From NCBI RefSeq assembly GCF_009914755.1, contig NC_060932.1: a DNA stretch of 64,000 nt, one strand, 5' to 3'. The translations under genes were made by a program, and so were the position numbers. The notes beneath the pieces are model-generated. The model searched no databases. It had not been told where the DNA came from and saw only the letters and a list, made by a program, of their open reading frames with translations. Positions 28,661 to 41,639 of the stretch are shown here, one piece after another (the first letter of the stretch is position 1; each line of letters starts with the position of its first letter). This stretch comes from the human T2T-CHM13v2.0 reference genome, Homo sapiens.

Positions 28661-30358
28661 ATGATCCCAAAAGGTTAAGACAAAGAGAATATTTTGTTTG
28701 GGGGCTCTGGCTTTACCATCTTCTAAAAATGTTAACTGACAAAAAGGTGGCTCCATTTTCCAAGTTCAAAATCTTTTAAGTAGAGGAAGTAGGAGAAAAT
28801 TGTGCTTTTAGGGTTGCAAGGTATATCAAAAGATTTGGAAGATTTATACGTGGAGTCAGTAAGCTAACCTAAAAGGTTATCACAGGTTTTACTTTTGGAA
28901 ACCTTTCTCAGAAAACCAAACAAACACTAGATTTACAGTAAGCATGTAATAAAAAAGGCAATGGGTGTCTCCTTTCTTTTTTATGCAGTTTATAAGTGCT
29001 TTTTCCTTTCTGGGAAAGAAGTGTTTCTCCTGTACTGGTTGAGGCAATTCATCATATTCAGTAGAGTCAGAGTGTCTATAAGTACTCATTATGATGTCTC
29101 CTTGACAAAAGGAAAGGTGAAAATGGTAGTTTAGAGCAGGAAAATGGTCAATTTTTTATATTTGGTGTATCATATTATTCAGGGGATTTTTTTTTTAAGT
29201 TTGAGAAAAATGGCCCTTTAACAATACATGGAGGTGTGTGGAGGGTATTGCGGATGTTTGCCGCACTAGAGGCTGGCTATGCCAAATCTGTCTGGAAGCA
29301 CTGGTTTCTAATCCGAGTCTCTTGGGCAGATGTTATTTGAAGGTCAGCCTTTCTATTGATAAAATACAGATAGCTTACATTTGGCCACCATCTTAGAGAG
29401 ATGGAGCAGGAGGTGCTGGGAAATACCATCAATCATACTATTATTAGCACATAAGACTCTCTGGGGTGAGAGGAAATCGGTGGGCCAAGATCTGTTGTCC
29501 CATCTCTTCCTAGTGTGTTTACCATGTCTGAGGGGTGAAGAGAATTGCATCTATCGTCCAGCTGTGCTCGACACTAAAGAGTTCACCAGTCATTGCAATT
29601 ATGCTGGTGGGATTTGGTGCTGGGGGAATTCTGTGTGCTGGGAGCCATAGGGAGGCCATCAATTCATTTCACATATATTATTTCTCTAAGAAACACAGCA
29701 TAATTGAGGACAATTTTCCACCATGAATTGCATCATTAGCTAACACAGGGAAAGTGAAATGCTGTTAACTTTTCTTTTTCTTCTGCAAGCTGATGAGCTG
29801 AAGAAAATAGAAAAGTTTAATGTAATTTTTTTCAAGGATATATGTTGAAAATCAGAATCAAAACGCTTTTACACGGTAATAGAAATCCCACATTTTAATA
29901 CATTGCCATGCACATAAGGAGTCAAGTAATGCTGAATACAAAATAGTCAAATATACAAAATGATAAAGCAGATTTTCCAGCCTGATAGAGATCATGCTCA
30001 CAGATACAAGGGAGGCAAACATCTGTACAGTTTCATTTTTATCCATTTTATAAGAGTCATGCCCCCCTCAACTCTTTTTGAGGACAACTGGAAACAGAAG
30101 GAAACATAAGAATATACAAAGGAGACCCAAAGGGAATTGGCAAGTTGATAGCTGCTGAAGATATGGAAATCGGTGGTTCAAAATTGTGGTACACAATAAT
30201 TCTTATGTTTAGAGAAAAAAAGTTTCTAAACATCTTATGCCCTGGAAGCCAGGAAACTAAAGTGGATATCCAACAGAAAAGGCACTCTTGTTTTACCACA
30301 TAACTTGATTGCCTCCTCCTAAGTCTAGTCCTGGGAGTTTTTCTAGGATGCACAGAGG

Positions 30359-30391
30359 AAAAAAAAAAAAAAAAAAAAAAAGAAAGAAAAA
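30359..30391 (+). repeat. Orphan poly-A tract
   Basis: About 23 A then gaaagaaaaa; no recognisable element body upstream. Confidence 0.9.
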
Positions 30392-30920
30392 CCCAACAGT
30401 TGTGGGAAATGAATACAGGTAATACTTATGTAATTAAACACTCTTGGAAGACCAACAGAATTAAGACTGCTGGTTTAACTACTCACTTAAGGAAGTTATA
30501 AAAATGTCAACCATCTACCTAGGCTTCTGTGTTCTGACATGTGCTTTTTAGCCATGTTTGTTAGTGTCTGTGAAGGAATGAATCATTTTTTTAATCAGAT
30601 TCTCCCCCATCCTCCCTTCTCATACTCTGTAAAGAGCACTGCTCTTATGTTCAATTCACATTGTGTAATTTTTCTTCCTCTTTCTTTCCTAGAACAAACA
30701 CCAATTTGCAGTAGTTCATCAAAAAAGTTTGATGTGGCTGTCTGCTTCCTGTGCCTCTCAGTTTGGCACCTCCACACTCTGACGGGTCTTCTCCAACCTG
30801 GGATTGGCAGTCTTCACCTTGGTAGATCATGGAGCTCTAAATCTTTGGGAGGTGAAGAAGTGGAAATAAATGGACACCTGGGCTGTGGACTCTGCAGACT
30901 AGCCTCATATATTAGAAAAA

Positions 30921-30950
30921 GTGTGTGTGTGTGTGTGTGTGCGTGTGTGT
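30921..30950. repeat. (GT)n microsatellite
   Basis: Direct reading. Confidence 0.95.
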
Positions 30951-32168
30951 AAAATGCTGATTGTTACTTCTTCATCATTCTGTTTCCTTTGTAAATCCCA
31001 GAATGGAGGCTCAGAAATAACAGCTCTACAGAGAAAGCCTCAAGTAAGGGAAAGGAATCATTGAATAAAGCCTGCAGCCCAGATCGGCACTCTAATTACA
31101 CATAAGGGATATTGGAGGCACAGTATAGCTTCTTCCCTTAGCTCATTTTAGCCTCCAAACAACCCCATCTGCTAAGGAGGGACAGAGAGCACCCCATACT
31201 GAAGAGCAGTGGCCCAGAGAGACTGGGCTATTTCTATTAGTCTAGCATTCTTGAATTCAAAACATTTTCTTCCTTTTTATCAGAGCAGTGTCAATCTCCA
31301 CAAAGTTCTAAGAATAACTCAAGTATATAAACCACAACAGATCGATATTTTCTTTTCTCAGGTGCTTTTTACTGTTAATATTAAATTTTGTTACAAGATT
31401 GATCTTTTCTAAAATTTTGTGCAAAGCTATTTAATTTAGTGCCTGATATTAAATAATTACATTAACTGAAACTACAATAGTATGATTTAATGATACAAGA
31501 GTTTCAGTGGAATTAGTTTCCAAATATTTGTGCTGGCTTGACTTTTCAGCAGACTGGTTCCTTCTGTCCCAATCATGACTGTGACACACAGTACAAAGTC
31601 AAGAGCCTGGTATTATTCAGCTCTCTGCAATGTGAGCTTCTTTTACTAGTTAAACCATGGTCTTCTCAGACATGGCCTTGTAAGGACAACATCTTTCTAT
31701 TGGTGGAAGAAAGGTGGTGGTGGAGAAACCATTCAGAGCCCCAGAGAGCCCTAAAATTGCCTACGAGCATGAGTTTAAGCAAATAGAACCCCTTTTACCC
31801 CCAGTGAGGGCCAACACCCACCAAAGAGGCCTCCCTTTCTGGTGATCTGAGGTGGGAATTGAATAAAACTAAAAAAGACAAGGGTTTCAGCATTCAAACA
31901 TGAATTTCCTACCCCACTCTACATTCATCTTTAAGGTTTCCATCTGCAACCGAAGGCCTTTTTGATGTGAAAAAGAACTGGGTCAGGCACTTCGAAACCT
32001 CTGCAGCAGCTGGTATGTGGGAAAACATAACCTTGGTCCTCTCTCAAATGCACTGTATGGTATCTGGACATAAGCATTGTCAAAAGTAGACATAGAGCCA
32101 GCAGGCAGTTCCCAACGTTAACACGCTAAATGCACTAAATTGTGGTTTAAAAAAAATACTGGAGATTA

Positions 32169-32292
<124 letters not shown>

Positions 32293-33030
32293 GAAAAGTA
32301 GAACTGATTTAGGGATCATAGAATCAAGGACCACAGGCATGCTCAAACTCAAATCATATTTTTGGAATTATACTTGGATAAGAAGTCTCTATAGAGGTTA
32401 GAAAGATAATTTCATGGCATTTTTGCTATTTTAGAGGCAAGGCTAACTCCTCTGAGAAGATGGGAGAAGACCATGATCAGTTTGTGGAATAGGACAGGAC
32501 CAACCCTGAGGTGCCTGGGGCATTTCAGCCAGCAAATTTTTCTATGAAGTTATCTTCAAGATCAGTTATCCTACCCTAAGTGAAAGCATGATCTAGTAAG
32601 AGTCTCCTGTTTTGCATTTTTTTTAGCATTACATATTTGAATATATTTTTACAGAATTTGGGCGGTGGCGGTGATTAAATGCAATCATATTACAGATCTG
32701 TTTGCTCTCATGCATCCACTCAGTCTGGACTTCTACATTTGGTAGATGTGTCTGTGCTAATGTGGCAAAAGCCATATGAAACCAACCATTTATTTCTCTT
32801 GATCCAAATGACTGAATTTAAAAAGGTTATAAACAATGTGGAAGGCAACCAGCAGAGTCTTCAGTGTTTTAATTGTTTGAGGTATTAGTATCTCCAGTGA
32901 TGGATTAATTTAATAGCCTCCTTCCTTGAGGTTCACATCAGTAGGGCTGTTATTAATACTCTGCACATGAGGCAAAAAGGCCTGGGCTTAAGAGCCTTTC
33001 TAAGGCTTCTCAAAATATCTGAGGTTTGGA

Positions 33031-33083
33031 AAACAACAACGCAACAAATAACCAACCAAACAAACAAACAAACAAACAAAAAA
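33031..33083. repeat. (CAA)/(CAAA)n microsatellite
   Basis: Direct reading. Confidence 0.85.
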
Positions 33084-35501
33084 CCTCCCAAACCATTGGC
33101 TCCAATTTATGAAAATTGAAAAGAATTTATGAAAATTGAAAAGAATATGAAATTATGAAAATAATTTTGTATGATCAGAAATAATGTCTAAATATCTATG
33201 ACACTTATTATGTCAACCAGCCAATGGTAATTCAACACAAGTCATATGTTTACTTTTACATTACATTAAGTATATGCTGTTGGTGCCTTCTTGTGCTTGA
33301 TATAATTGTAGGAGGAAAGCTCTGAAGGAAGAATGCTTGGAGTGCATCAGGGTTTTTAAATAGCCTTACGTGGCAAATTGAACTTCAGTTTTATGATATC
33401 TTTGGCATCCATTTTCTGCTGTTCCATGGAAGTCATGTCTCAGTCATTTTGCCGTTAGGCAGGAAGTATAAAACTAGCCCTATGCCTGATGGCAGTTCCC
33501 TTTTACATTTGTTGCTGGTAAATTTCACCTGAAAAAATTTAGATTTTAGAAACAGTGCTTGCTCTCACCCAGAATTTTCCCTGTGGAGCTAAGGTGATGG
33601 ACAGAAGGCCATCAGTACTGTTACTGTCCTTTTAGCTACTTTCCCCAAATGAGAAGCATCTATTTTGTTCTTTATATTAAGGTGTGGTAGAACTTTCCTG
33701 TGTACTTGGCCAACTTTTCCTTAAGTTTCCCGCTTTCAAAAGAATGCTCTCTGTCTTCCCAAAAGCCACCATAGCAAAATAATGGAAACAAGGCTCTCTT
33801 TTACCTTGAAGCTATGCAATGGTGCCAGGAATCATGTGCGTTGATAAACCAGAATTCATAGGATAATTTTCTGGATTCAGGATTAGATTCAGATCTAAAA
33901 AGACTAAGGAGCAGGATCTGCCTTTGAAATAGAGTCCTTAGTGGTGCCTGGAGTAGAAACATCTCCTGGCCTGTCCTCCTTCCTGATCTCAGGGCTGCAC
34001 TGGGATTAATTAATCTTCCAGATGACTGGTCAGCGTTATTAATCCCTACCTCACTGCTTTTTGGGCAACAAGTTTTCACCAAGATCAAGCTTAAGAAGAA
34101 ATATTAGGACTGGGGAAAAAGGTAACAAATACACTTTTTGTTGAGTTCTTTATAGAATTCTTGAAAACTACCCACAGCATCATGTTAAAAGAAGAGAGAT
34201 GAAAGAAAAAAATCCCCGCAAAAAACAAAAAATTGCAGTGGAGGGGGCTGTGGGAGGGGTGAATGAAAACAGCCTTAAAGCAATAAAGGAATTTGTGTCA
34301 TTTTCAAAGATTAGATTTTTCAAAAGAGTCTAAGACGATTGACAAGTCTAGTTGTCAAGTAACAAAATTATTCTAAAGAATGTAGAGGAAAACATCACAA
34401 AGAACAAAACTGCTCATGTACTAGAAAGAGGAGGTTTTGGTGAAAGTAAAGTGCTAAGGGGGGTATTAAAAACTTCAATTCCTTGAGACTTTTGTTGTTC
34501 CTATGCAAAATCAATTATGTGACATTTGCAGACAAAGAAAGCATTTGCAAGTAACAAGGGGGATCCATTAGAGGTTTTTATCCTTAGTTGATATTCTCAC
34601 GTACAGCTGATACGCCTTTTCTCCTTGAATGTTAAAAATGGCAGAATTTCCTCAGGACTAAGGACCGTTAGCCTCTTTCTGAGCAACTGCGAAGTGACTC
34701 TGGAGAGATTCCTGGCTTGTTTGCCAGGATTCCGGAGGTAGAAGTGAAATCTGCGGGTGCACACCTCACAGAGCCTGAGCAAGGATTTGAAGGTACGCCA
34801 CTACCCGCAAAGAAAGTTGATAGGATCTCTCTTCCCCTAGGTACGTCTCAAACTATTGAAGTAATTTGCTTTTCACACTAGCAGGACTGGCAATGCTCTG
34901 CATATTCAGTTCTGGAGTGGAAATAAGCGAATCCCCTTGGCACCATGGAAAGTCTCATAATTATTCATTTCTGTTCATTCCCAAGAGTGCCTTTCCTGCA
35001 CAAGTCTGGGTGTCAGCCTTTTAATAAAGGTGTAGCACAGGTGTAGGTAAAAGGAAAAGTCAAGCATCAACAGTTTACAGTCCTTAGACATAAAAATATG
35101 TATCCTTTACTTCCCCACCTCTTGCTTCCTATCAAACAAAACTCACCACAACTATTTCTGGATTTCTAGGAGGTAACATTCCGTACATGCATCTTGGGAA
35201 GAAAGTACAGCACAGTTGAAGTTAACCATGGGAGATCACAGAGGACCACCACATAATAAAGAAGCCAAAGCCTGTGAATGAAGTCATTCCTCTTTTTTGC
35301 TGGTTTAGCTCTTGACTGCTTGGATTTTATGCCACCATATTTCCAAACTATCCCCCACAATGATTTCAAACAGAAGTTGACAGTTTGGAAAAGAATAGTA
35401 GTTCATATGCAAATATGGAATATGTGCCAGGCATTAAGGCATTTTTAGAGATACAGTCTTCAATGGGGCTCTTTAATGGTCTTCATTTTGCCTTCTCCTA
35501 G

Positions 35502-35617
35502 GTCCCTCTTCACCCATCATCTTTCAATAATTTCACAGCGTTCCTTTGACTTAAAAAAACAAACAAACTAGGAAACTCTACTTATTGAATTGTTCAGAAT
35601 ATTTTGCAAAGGCCAAA
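35502..35617 (+). other. Candidate non-coding exon, 116 nt
   Basis: Acceptor ttttgccttctcctag|G and donor AAA|gtaagt; no transcript evidence available to me. Confidence 0.25.
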
Positions 35618-36154
35618 GTAAGTAACAATGAACCACCATCATTTAGTGAACATTTGCACTACAAAGCATGTCCAGTTTTCCAAGAGAGTCAGCAGTAGTC
35701 TCACAATGTCCTTGGCTAAATCTTAATTCCCAGTTACAATATCTCAGCACCTGGCAGTTCTTAGGCTTCATCAGACTCAACTGTGTGTCCCCTGGATGAG
35801 TTATAGAATTGGAGTGTTAGATAATCCAGCGTAGTGGTGAATGGTTGTGCCTATATAAAGAAAGGGAATATAGGTAGCCAGGGTGGATATCAAGGAAAAG
35901 CAACTGAATGCTGCTTTGGGGAGCTCCAACCAGCTCAGTCTAGGCCCTGGAAGAGTTGGCTGTATCTGAAAGGTGCAAATATGTGGCCTGATGCAGTTTA
36001 CCATCTGTCACTCTGCTGCCTCCTCCCTGAGGATCCGTCTGCTGCTATGTTCTTCTTCCTAGGTTACTCTGGCAGAATGGAGAATGCTGTCTGAATTCAG
36101 TTTTCATTGTGGAAATGGTGGGGTGGTGATAATGTTTGGGAGGAGGAGATACAG

Positions 36155-36270
36155 TTTCATAAGGGCAGGTGGGGAGTCTGCTTTGTGGACTGTTGTTGCC
36201 CAAGCACAATGCTTGGCACATAGTAGATGCTCAACAAATGCTTGCTGAATAAAGGAAGGAATGAAAGGAA
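36155..36270 (+). mobile_element. L2 3' end
   Basis: gcacaatgcttggcacatagtagatgctcaacaaatgcttgctgaat. Confidence 0.8.
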
Positions 36271-36519
36271 GAAGAAGACCTGCTATTAGAACTGAACCAC
36301 ATGAGATGGGCAGTGGAGACTGGAATATTGTGTCCAAGGGTGTTGGCAGCTGGAGTTTGGCCTCCTAATTATAGATGTGAAGAGAATTACGGTCTGCAGA
36401 GGGCCTGGCAGTCCTGGTGCTGACCTGCCGAAGGGCCAGATCTTGGTGGTGACTGCAACTTCTCTGAGTTCCTTGTTGGAAGCCCCCTTCTCTGGCTCTG
36501 CAGCCTGCCAGGCTTGTGG

Positions 36520-36543
36520 TGAGTCATCCTGCTGCTGACTCAT
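36520..36543. promoter_or_regulatory. Paired AP-1 and NF-E2/MARE-type motifs (candidate enhancer core)
   Basis: TGAGTCA at 36520-36526 and TGCTGACTCAT at 36533-36543. Confidence 0.4.
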
Positions 36544-39199
36544 TTGGACCTTCCTCCCTTTCCGTCAGGTTTCCAAATCTCAGGCGTGGGTGGTTTCCAA
36601 TGGGCTGTGTATTTCCTGAGACCCTGAGCGGAGGCAGACAATGCTTATGTATCTGGAGACACCCTAAAACACCAAGCTTGCTTGCGTTGGAAGTCTTCCA
36701 GAACTGGTTACCCATATTTTAAAGCAAAGCCTCTGATGCCCGTCAGTCCCAGGCTGGGACAGTGGGCACACAGAACATACTTTGCTGAGCTTTCCATTCA
36801 ACCAACTTGATATTTTCAGGAAAAAACATGCTACAGTGTTATGTAGCAAGTCAATATGAACATGTCTCTAATGCTCAAAGACAAGCAATAATTAAGTTGA
36901 CTGGTTTCCCAGGACTGTGCTTTGTCGTAAGACATAGTTAAAAAAAAAAAAATTAGTCACAGGTATAATCCCAGAAAGGATTAACAAGGGACTAGTAGGT
37001 TCTACCCTAAGTAAGGAACCTAGTATAGGACTTGACCCTTTTCCTTCTCTAGGCACATAGTGGGGTCACTTGATGTTTCTCTCTTGATGTTTCTCTCTTG
37101 AGAGAATGGCGATTTCAACTTGACTTAGAATTTTTTCCGAAGTGTTAACGTCAGACCACACAAAAGAATTGCATTCTGTTGCCCTTACCATCCATCCACC
37201 ATGGTCTTTGATTAAAAGAATACCATCCCCTTTTTTCCCTTGGAGGAACTCCTCCCTTGGAGGAGCCAAATAGAAGCCTCCTGTATTTGAGTACCTGTAT
37301 GTTCATGTGGTCAATAGTGCCTGTGAACAAAGAAGCAAGCTAAGATATCACCATCACTGGACCCCCTTCTTCTTCCCTTTGGTGCTAGAAGTAAACCAGT
37401 TGTTCAATAAAGTATCTGGAGGTGAAGTCTAACAGTATTGTGGCCATATTTACATCAACCTACCACAAACAACTGGGGATATGCGAGTAGTGGAGTTTGT
37501 CTTGGACAGTCTGAGCCGGAAAAAAAAAAACCACTAAGATTTATAAAAATAAAAAGAAAATACTTGATTTCTCACATGTGCTGAATGTGCTGATTCATCT
37601 TGGTGTAGTGTTCTCATATAAAGTGCTTAAGAGTTGGACAGTATACCTTTAGACATCATAACTAACATAATCGAGACGTGTTTACATTCCTACCAGGGCA
37701 TAATATTGTGAACACTTCCACTGAGATTGCAGAATTGCTGTAATTTTTTTTTTCTAAAACATCATGCCATCTGCACACATAATAAAATAATCCAGTAGTT
37801 GCCATGCTAAAACAGGACTTCTAGTGAAGGGCACAGACAGCTCCCCAAAGGGAACTTGAGTTATGCACAGTGATGAAAACTGGAAGCAATTTTCCAGCTA
37901 ATGGTCTGCCAATGACCACTTGGAATGAGTTGGCATTATATTATGCACCTCATTTTAAATCCACAGCAAAGTAAGATTTTTCCAAAACCCATAATATTGA
38001 CTGAATGGGTGCTTTTTTCAGTTAATCCAGTTAATCTGTCCACGATCCAAGGATATCTTCTGGCAGTGCCATGGGTTAGTCTTTCTGTGAGGAACAGGCC
38101 ATGTTCATATCAACTGGCAGGACAGCAGCTTGGAAGGCTAACCGTGTTTATGGAGAACCCTCAGATGATGCTGCAAGAAGAAAAAGGGGGAAATATGGTA
38201 AGTTCTTTCCTTTATGTTTCCAGGCACTGATATGTAGCAATTATCTTATTCAAACAAACCCTAACACCCTTAGGCCAAAGAGAAAGCTCTAGTCAGAATA
38301 ATGGTTACTCAATGCCAGGATGGATTTACAGTGGCTTATATTCATGAAATTTTTTTTTCTACCATTTGGCAAGGCATGGAAGACACCCAACTGAGAAATA
38401 GGTGAAGCTGCCTGGAAGGGAGGGCAAAACCAGATCTCTGGAATTGGCATCCAGCCCTATGGCGGGGCTGCAGTTTGGGAAACCATTTCATGTATTATGA
38501 AGGTTCATGCATTTGCTTGGTCTGGTGCAAGGTAAGATTGGGGATGGTGTGAAGCATTTTATTGTGGGAGAGAGATGGGGGTTTCATTTATCAGAAAGAT
38601 TTCTTGGGATGCAATCTAGAAAAAAAATATTGGAAGCGGAATGGCTGGAGCTCTTGAGTTTGCTAGTTGCGAAGTCAGATTAGCTGGGAAGGTTAGAGAC
38701 TAGATAGAGAAAGTCATTAAAATCGGACCAGAGATTAAACTAATTGAATTGCAACCCTGCTTTTGGGCTTGGGAGTGCTAGTATAAAAATATTAATGTAT
38801 TTTCCTGAGTGTTCTAATTTAAATTGTCTAAAGTTCCCGTTATTTTATTTGGGTACTCCCTACAGTTCCTTATACATGGGTCTTCAAGAATTATTATATG
38901 AGTACAATGGAATGTTTTGCTCAGAAAAATATCAGTATTAGTTTCTAATACACAAAACTATCAGACAATGGGAGAGAAGCACAGCAGGTATTCTTGATGC
39001 AAAAGAAAAAAAAATCTACCTCAGTTTTCAAACCTGGCTCTCAAATCTAACTAACTGGCTTTTCAAAACATGACAGAACGCACTATTTGTAAGCAAGTGT
39101 TTGATTAACATTTGCTATTTTTGAGAAAATGAAAAAATAAAAGGTACTATGTAAGTGTATTAAATATCAAATAATAATACTTCTGATAGGTTGTATTGA

Positions 39200-39640
39200 A
39201 AGCAGAATACTATTATTGTTGATGGCATTGTCAACTGGAAAAATAATGTCAATTTATTCAAAAATTATTGAAAATGCATATGCCTAAATGTAGTAATTCC
39301 ATTCCTAGGAGTATATCCTAAGGAAATAATCTAAAAAAAAGAAAGAAGCTATATGCACAAATAGGTAAACTAGAGGTTATTTATCATAGAGGAAAAATTG
39401 GAAGCAACCACTCTCTTATTGTTGAAGATTTAGGTTAAGTAAATTATGGTACATTAACAAGATGGATAATTACATGGCCATTAAAATAATACTAATTATG
39501 ATGATTATGATTATGTAGCAACATGGAAACAGTTATGATATACTACAATATAAAGCTTATATATATGCATAGAAAAGAACTGTATGTGAAAATGAAGGCC
39601 CTAGAATTTTTATTACTGTCATCATAGTATTTTGCAAAAC
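39200..39640 (+). mobile_element. Ancient L1ME 3' region
   Basis: gtaattccattcctaggagtatatcctaaggaaataatc; ggttaagtaaattatggtacatt. Confidence 0.8.
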
Positions 39641-40169
39641 AACAACAAAAATTAGGCTCACAGGGTTGCAGGATTGCCCCATGACTAACTAAAGCATCAT
39701 GATTGTTTTCACTCACTAATACTACCTTGAAAATAAATACTTTGTAATTTCATTAAGAGAAACACTTCAGTATTTTGAAAGGGGTATAAACACCAATGTG
39801 CGTAAGATCCTATCCAGGTTGACCTGCTAGGAGGGCAGTACAGCCTGAAAGAACAACATTGATTTCTAGGAACTTGACACAGTGTACCATCCTTGAGACC
39901 TGGCTAAAATCAGATCCAGAAAATGTGTGACCTTGGAAAATAATGAATAACCTATAAAATACAATTTTAAAAAAGAATAATGATAATAAAGAGTAAGCCC
40001 TAATTAATTATTATACTTTGGAACCTGAGTCATGAGTTGATAACTAGGTTTATCATAGTTACTGCTTCTTTAAATAACCATGTTTCCTACAATGGTCTCT
40101 AGTAGCTGAGAGAAAGCAGATATGTCTAATCTTAGGATATTAAAAAAGCACTTATAACCATGGATGTAA

Positions 40170-40320
40170 GTGGAGTGCAGTATACTTTAGAGCACTTTCC
40201 CTTATCATTGCCCAATCCTCTTCTCAGGACATGTAGAATTATTCCCATTTTATAGATTAGGAAATTGAAGCCCAGAAGTATTATTAACCCAAGATCACAC
40301 AGCTAGTAAGGATCAAAGCT
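40170..40320 (-). mobile_element. MIR SINE
   Basis: cccattttatagattaggaaattgaagcccaga...cccaagatcacacagctagtaag. Confidence 0.85.
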
Positions 40321-40329
40321 ATATCCAAA

Positions 40330-40689
40330 TGATATGGTTTGGCTGTGTCCCCACCCAAATCTTATCTTGAACTGCAGCTCCCATAATTCCCACGCATTGT
40401 GGGGAGAACCCGGTGGGAGATAATTGAACCATGGGGGCAGTTTCCCCCATATTGTTCTCGTAGTAATGAATAAGTCTCATGAGATCTGATGGTTTTATAA
40501 CAAGTTTCCCCTTTTCCTTGGCTCCCATTCTCTCTTGCCTGCTCCCATGTAAGATGCGACTTTCACCTTCTGCTATGATTGTGAGGCCTCCCCAGCCACG
40601 TGGAACTGTGAGTCAATTAAACCTCTTTTCCTTTATAATTTACCCAGTCTGGTATGTCTTTAACAGCAGAACGACAACAAACAAATACA
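40330..40689 (+). mobile_element. THE1C-like MaLR solo LTR
   Basis: tgatatggtttggctgtgtccccacccaaatc...aaataca; 5-bp TSD ccaaa / ccaga. Confidence 0.95.
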
Positions 40690-41251
40690 CCAGACTTAGG
40701 TGTGTCCCCCTCTAGTGACATACAGGAGTGATAGGGAGGAACATAGAAATATTCTGAGCCTTTCCCATCCCATCTTCTGAGTAGGCTTCCATGTTTATCC
40801 ACAAGCCCAATCAGCACGATGAAGGGCCCTATTAGAGTACCAAAAAAAAAAAAAAAAAATCAGAGGCTAAAATGAATTTATATTAGAGCAACAAGATACT
40901 CCTGCAAGACATGAATATAAATAGAACTAGAAGCCACAGAGAGACAAGTTGAAGGTTTAGAGGGTGACATAGGAGGTTTGGGACAGTGGTGGCCATAATG
41001 AGTGGGGCATTGGGAAAAGTGATGGCCAAAGAAAAGAGTGTGCTATGGCAGAGGAGTGTCATCTTTGAAATCTTTCCATGGTAGTCAGTGATGCTTCACT
41101 GCTCTTTGCTGTTTTTGCAGTTAGTATTGTGTTCCTTTTGAATGGGTCACCATGCTGAGATGGGCTTTATGGGAGGACAAGAGGTCCCCATTTACTCAGG
41201 CTGTATGTGTAAGACACGTGGTGAAAGTAGGCCTTGAACCTTAGTCTTTCT

Positions 41252-41434
41252 TCTTCCTATTATTATTTTTTGGAGACAGGGTCTAGCTCTCATCGATCAG
41301 GCTGGGGTGCAGTGGCACCATCACGGCTCATTGTAGCCTCGACCTCCCAGGCTCAAGTGATCCCCTCACTTCTCAGCCTTGCTGGGACCACAGGCGTGGC
41401 GTGCACCACTACACCCAGCTACACACACCTGGAC
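41252..41434 (-). mobile_element. AluJ-type right arm plus a short residue of the 5' end
   Basis: 20-bp TSD ccttgaacctta(g/a)tctttct at 41232-41251 and 41435-41454. Confidence 0.9.
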
Positions 41435-41639
41435 CCTTGAACCTTAATCTTTCTATCAATCACATCTGTATAGTGATGGGTTCTGCCATCATCACTTTGC
41501 TAGAGACTTATCTGCAACAGGAATCATGTCTTCGGGTATATAAATCTACATGAGGTCAAAATGCAAAATGGCAGTTTGCATTAGACAGCCCTGGCTCTGA
41601 AAAGGGGGAAATATGTGGTCTTTGATATACAACGCTCTT

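Noticed and set aside
30060-30391. Possible processed pseudogene ending at the orphan poly-A
   Set aside because: No AATAAA before the tract, no convincing TSD and no recognisable parent peptide
40703-40720. CTCF-like motif (also near 4855)
   Set aside because: Mismatch at the conserved GGC core position; not supportable without ChIP data
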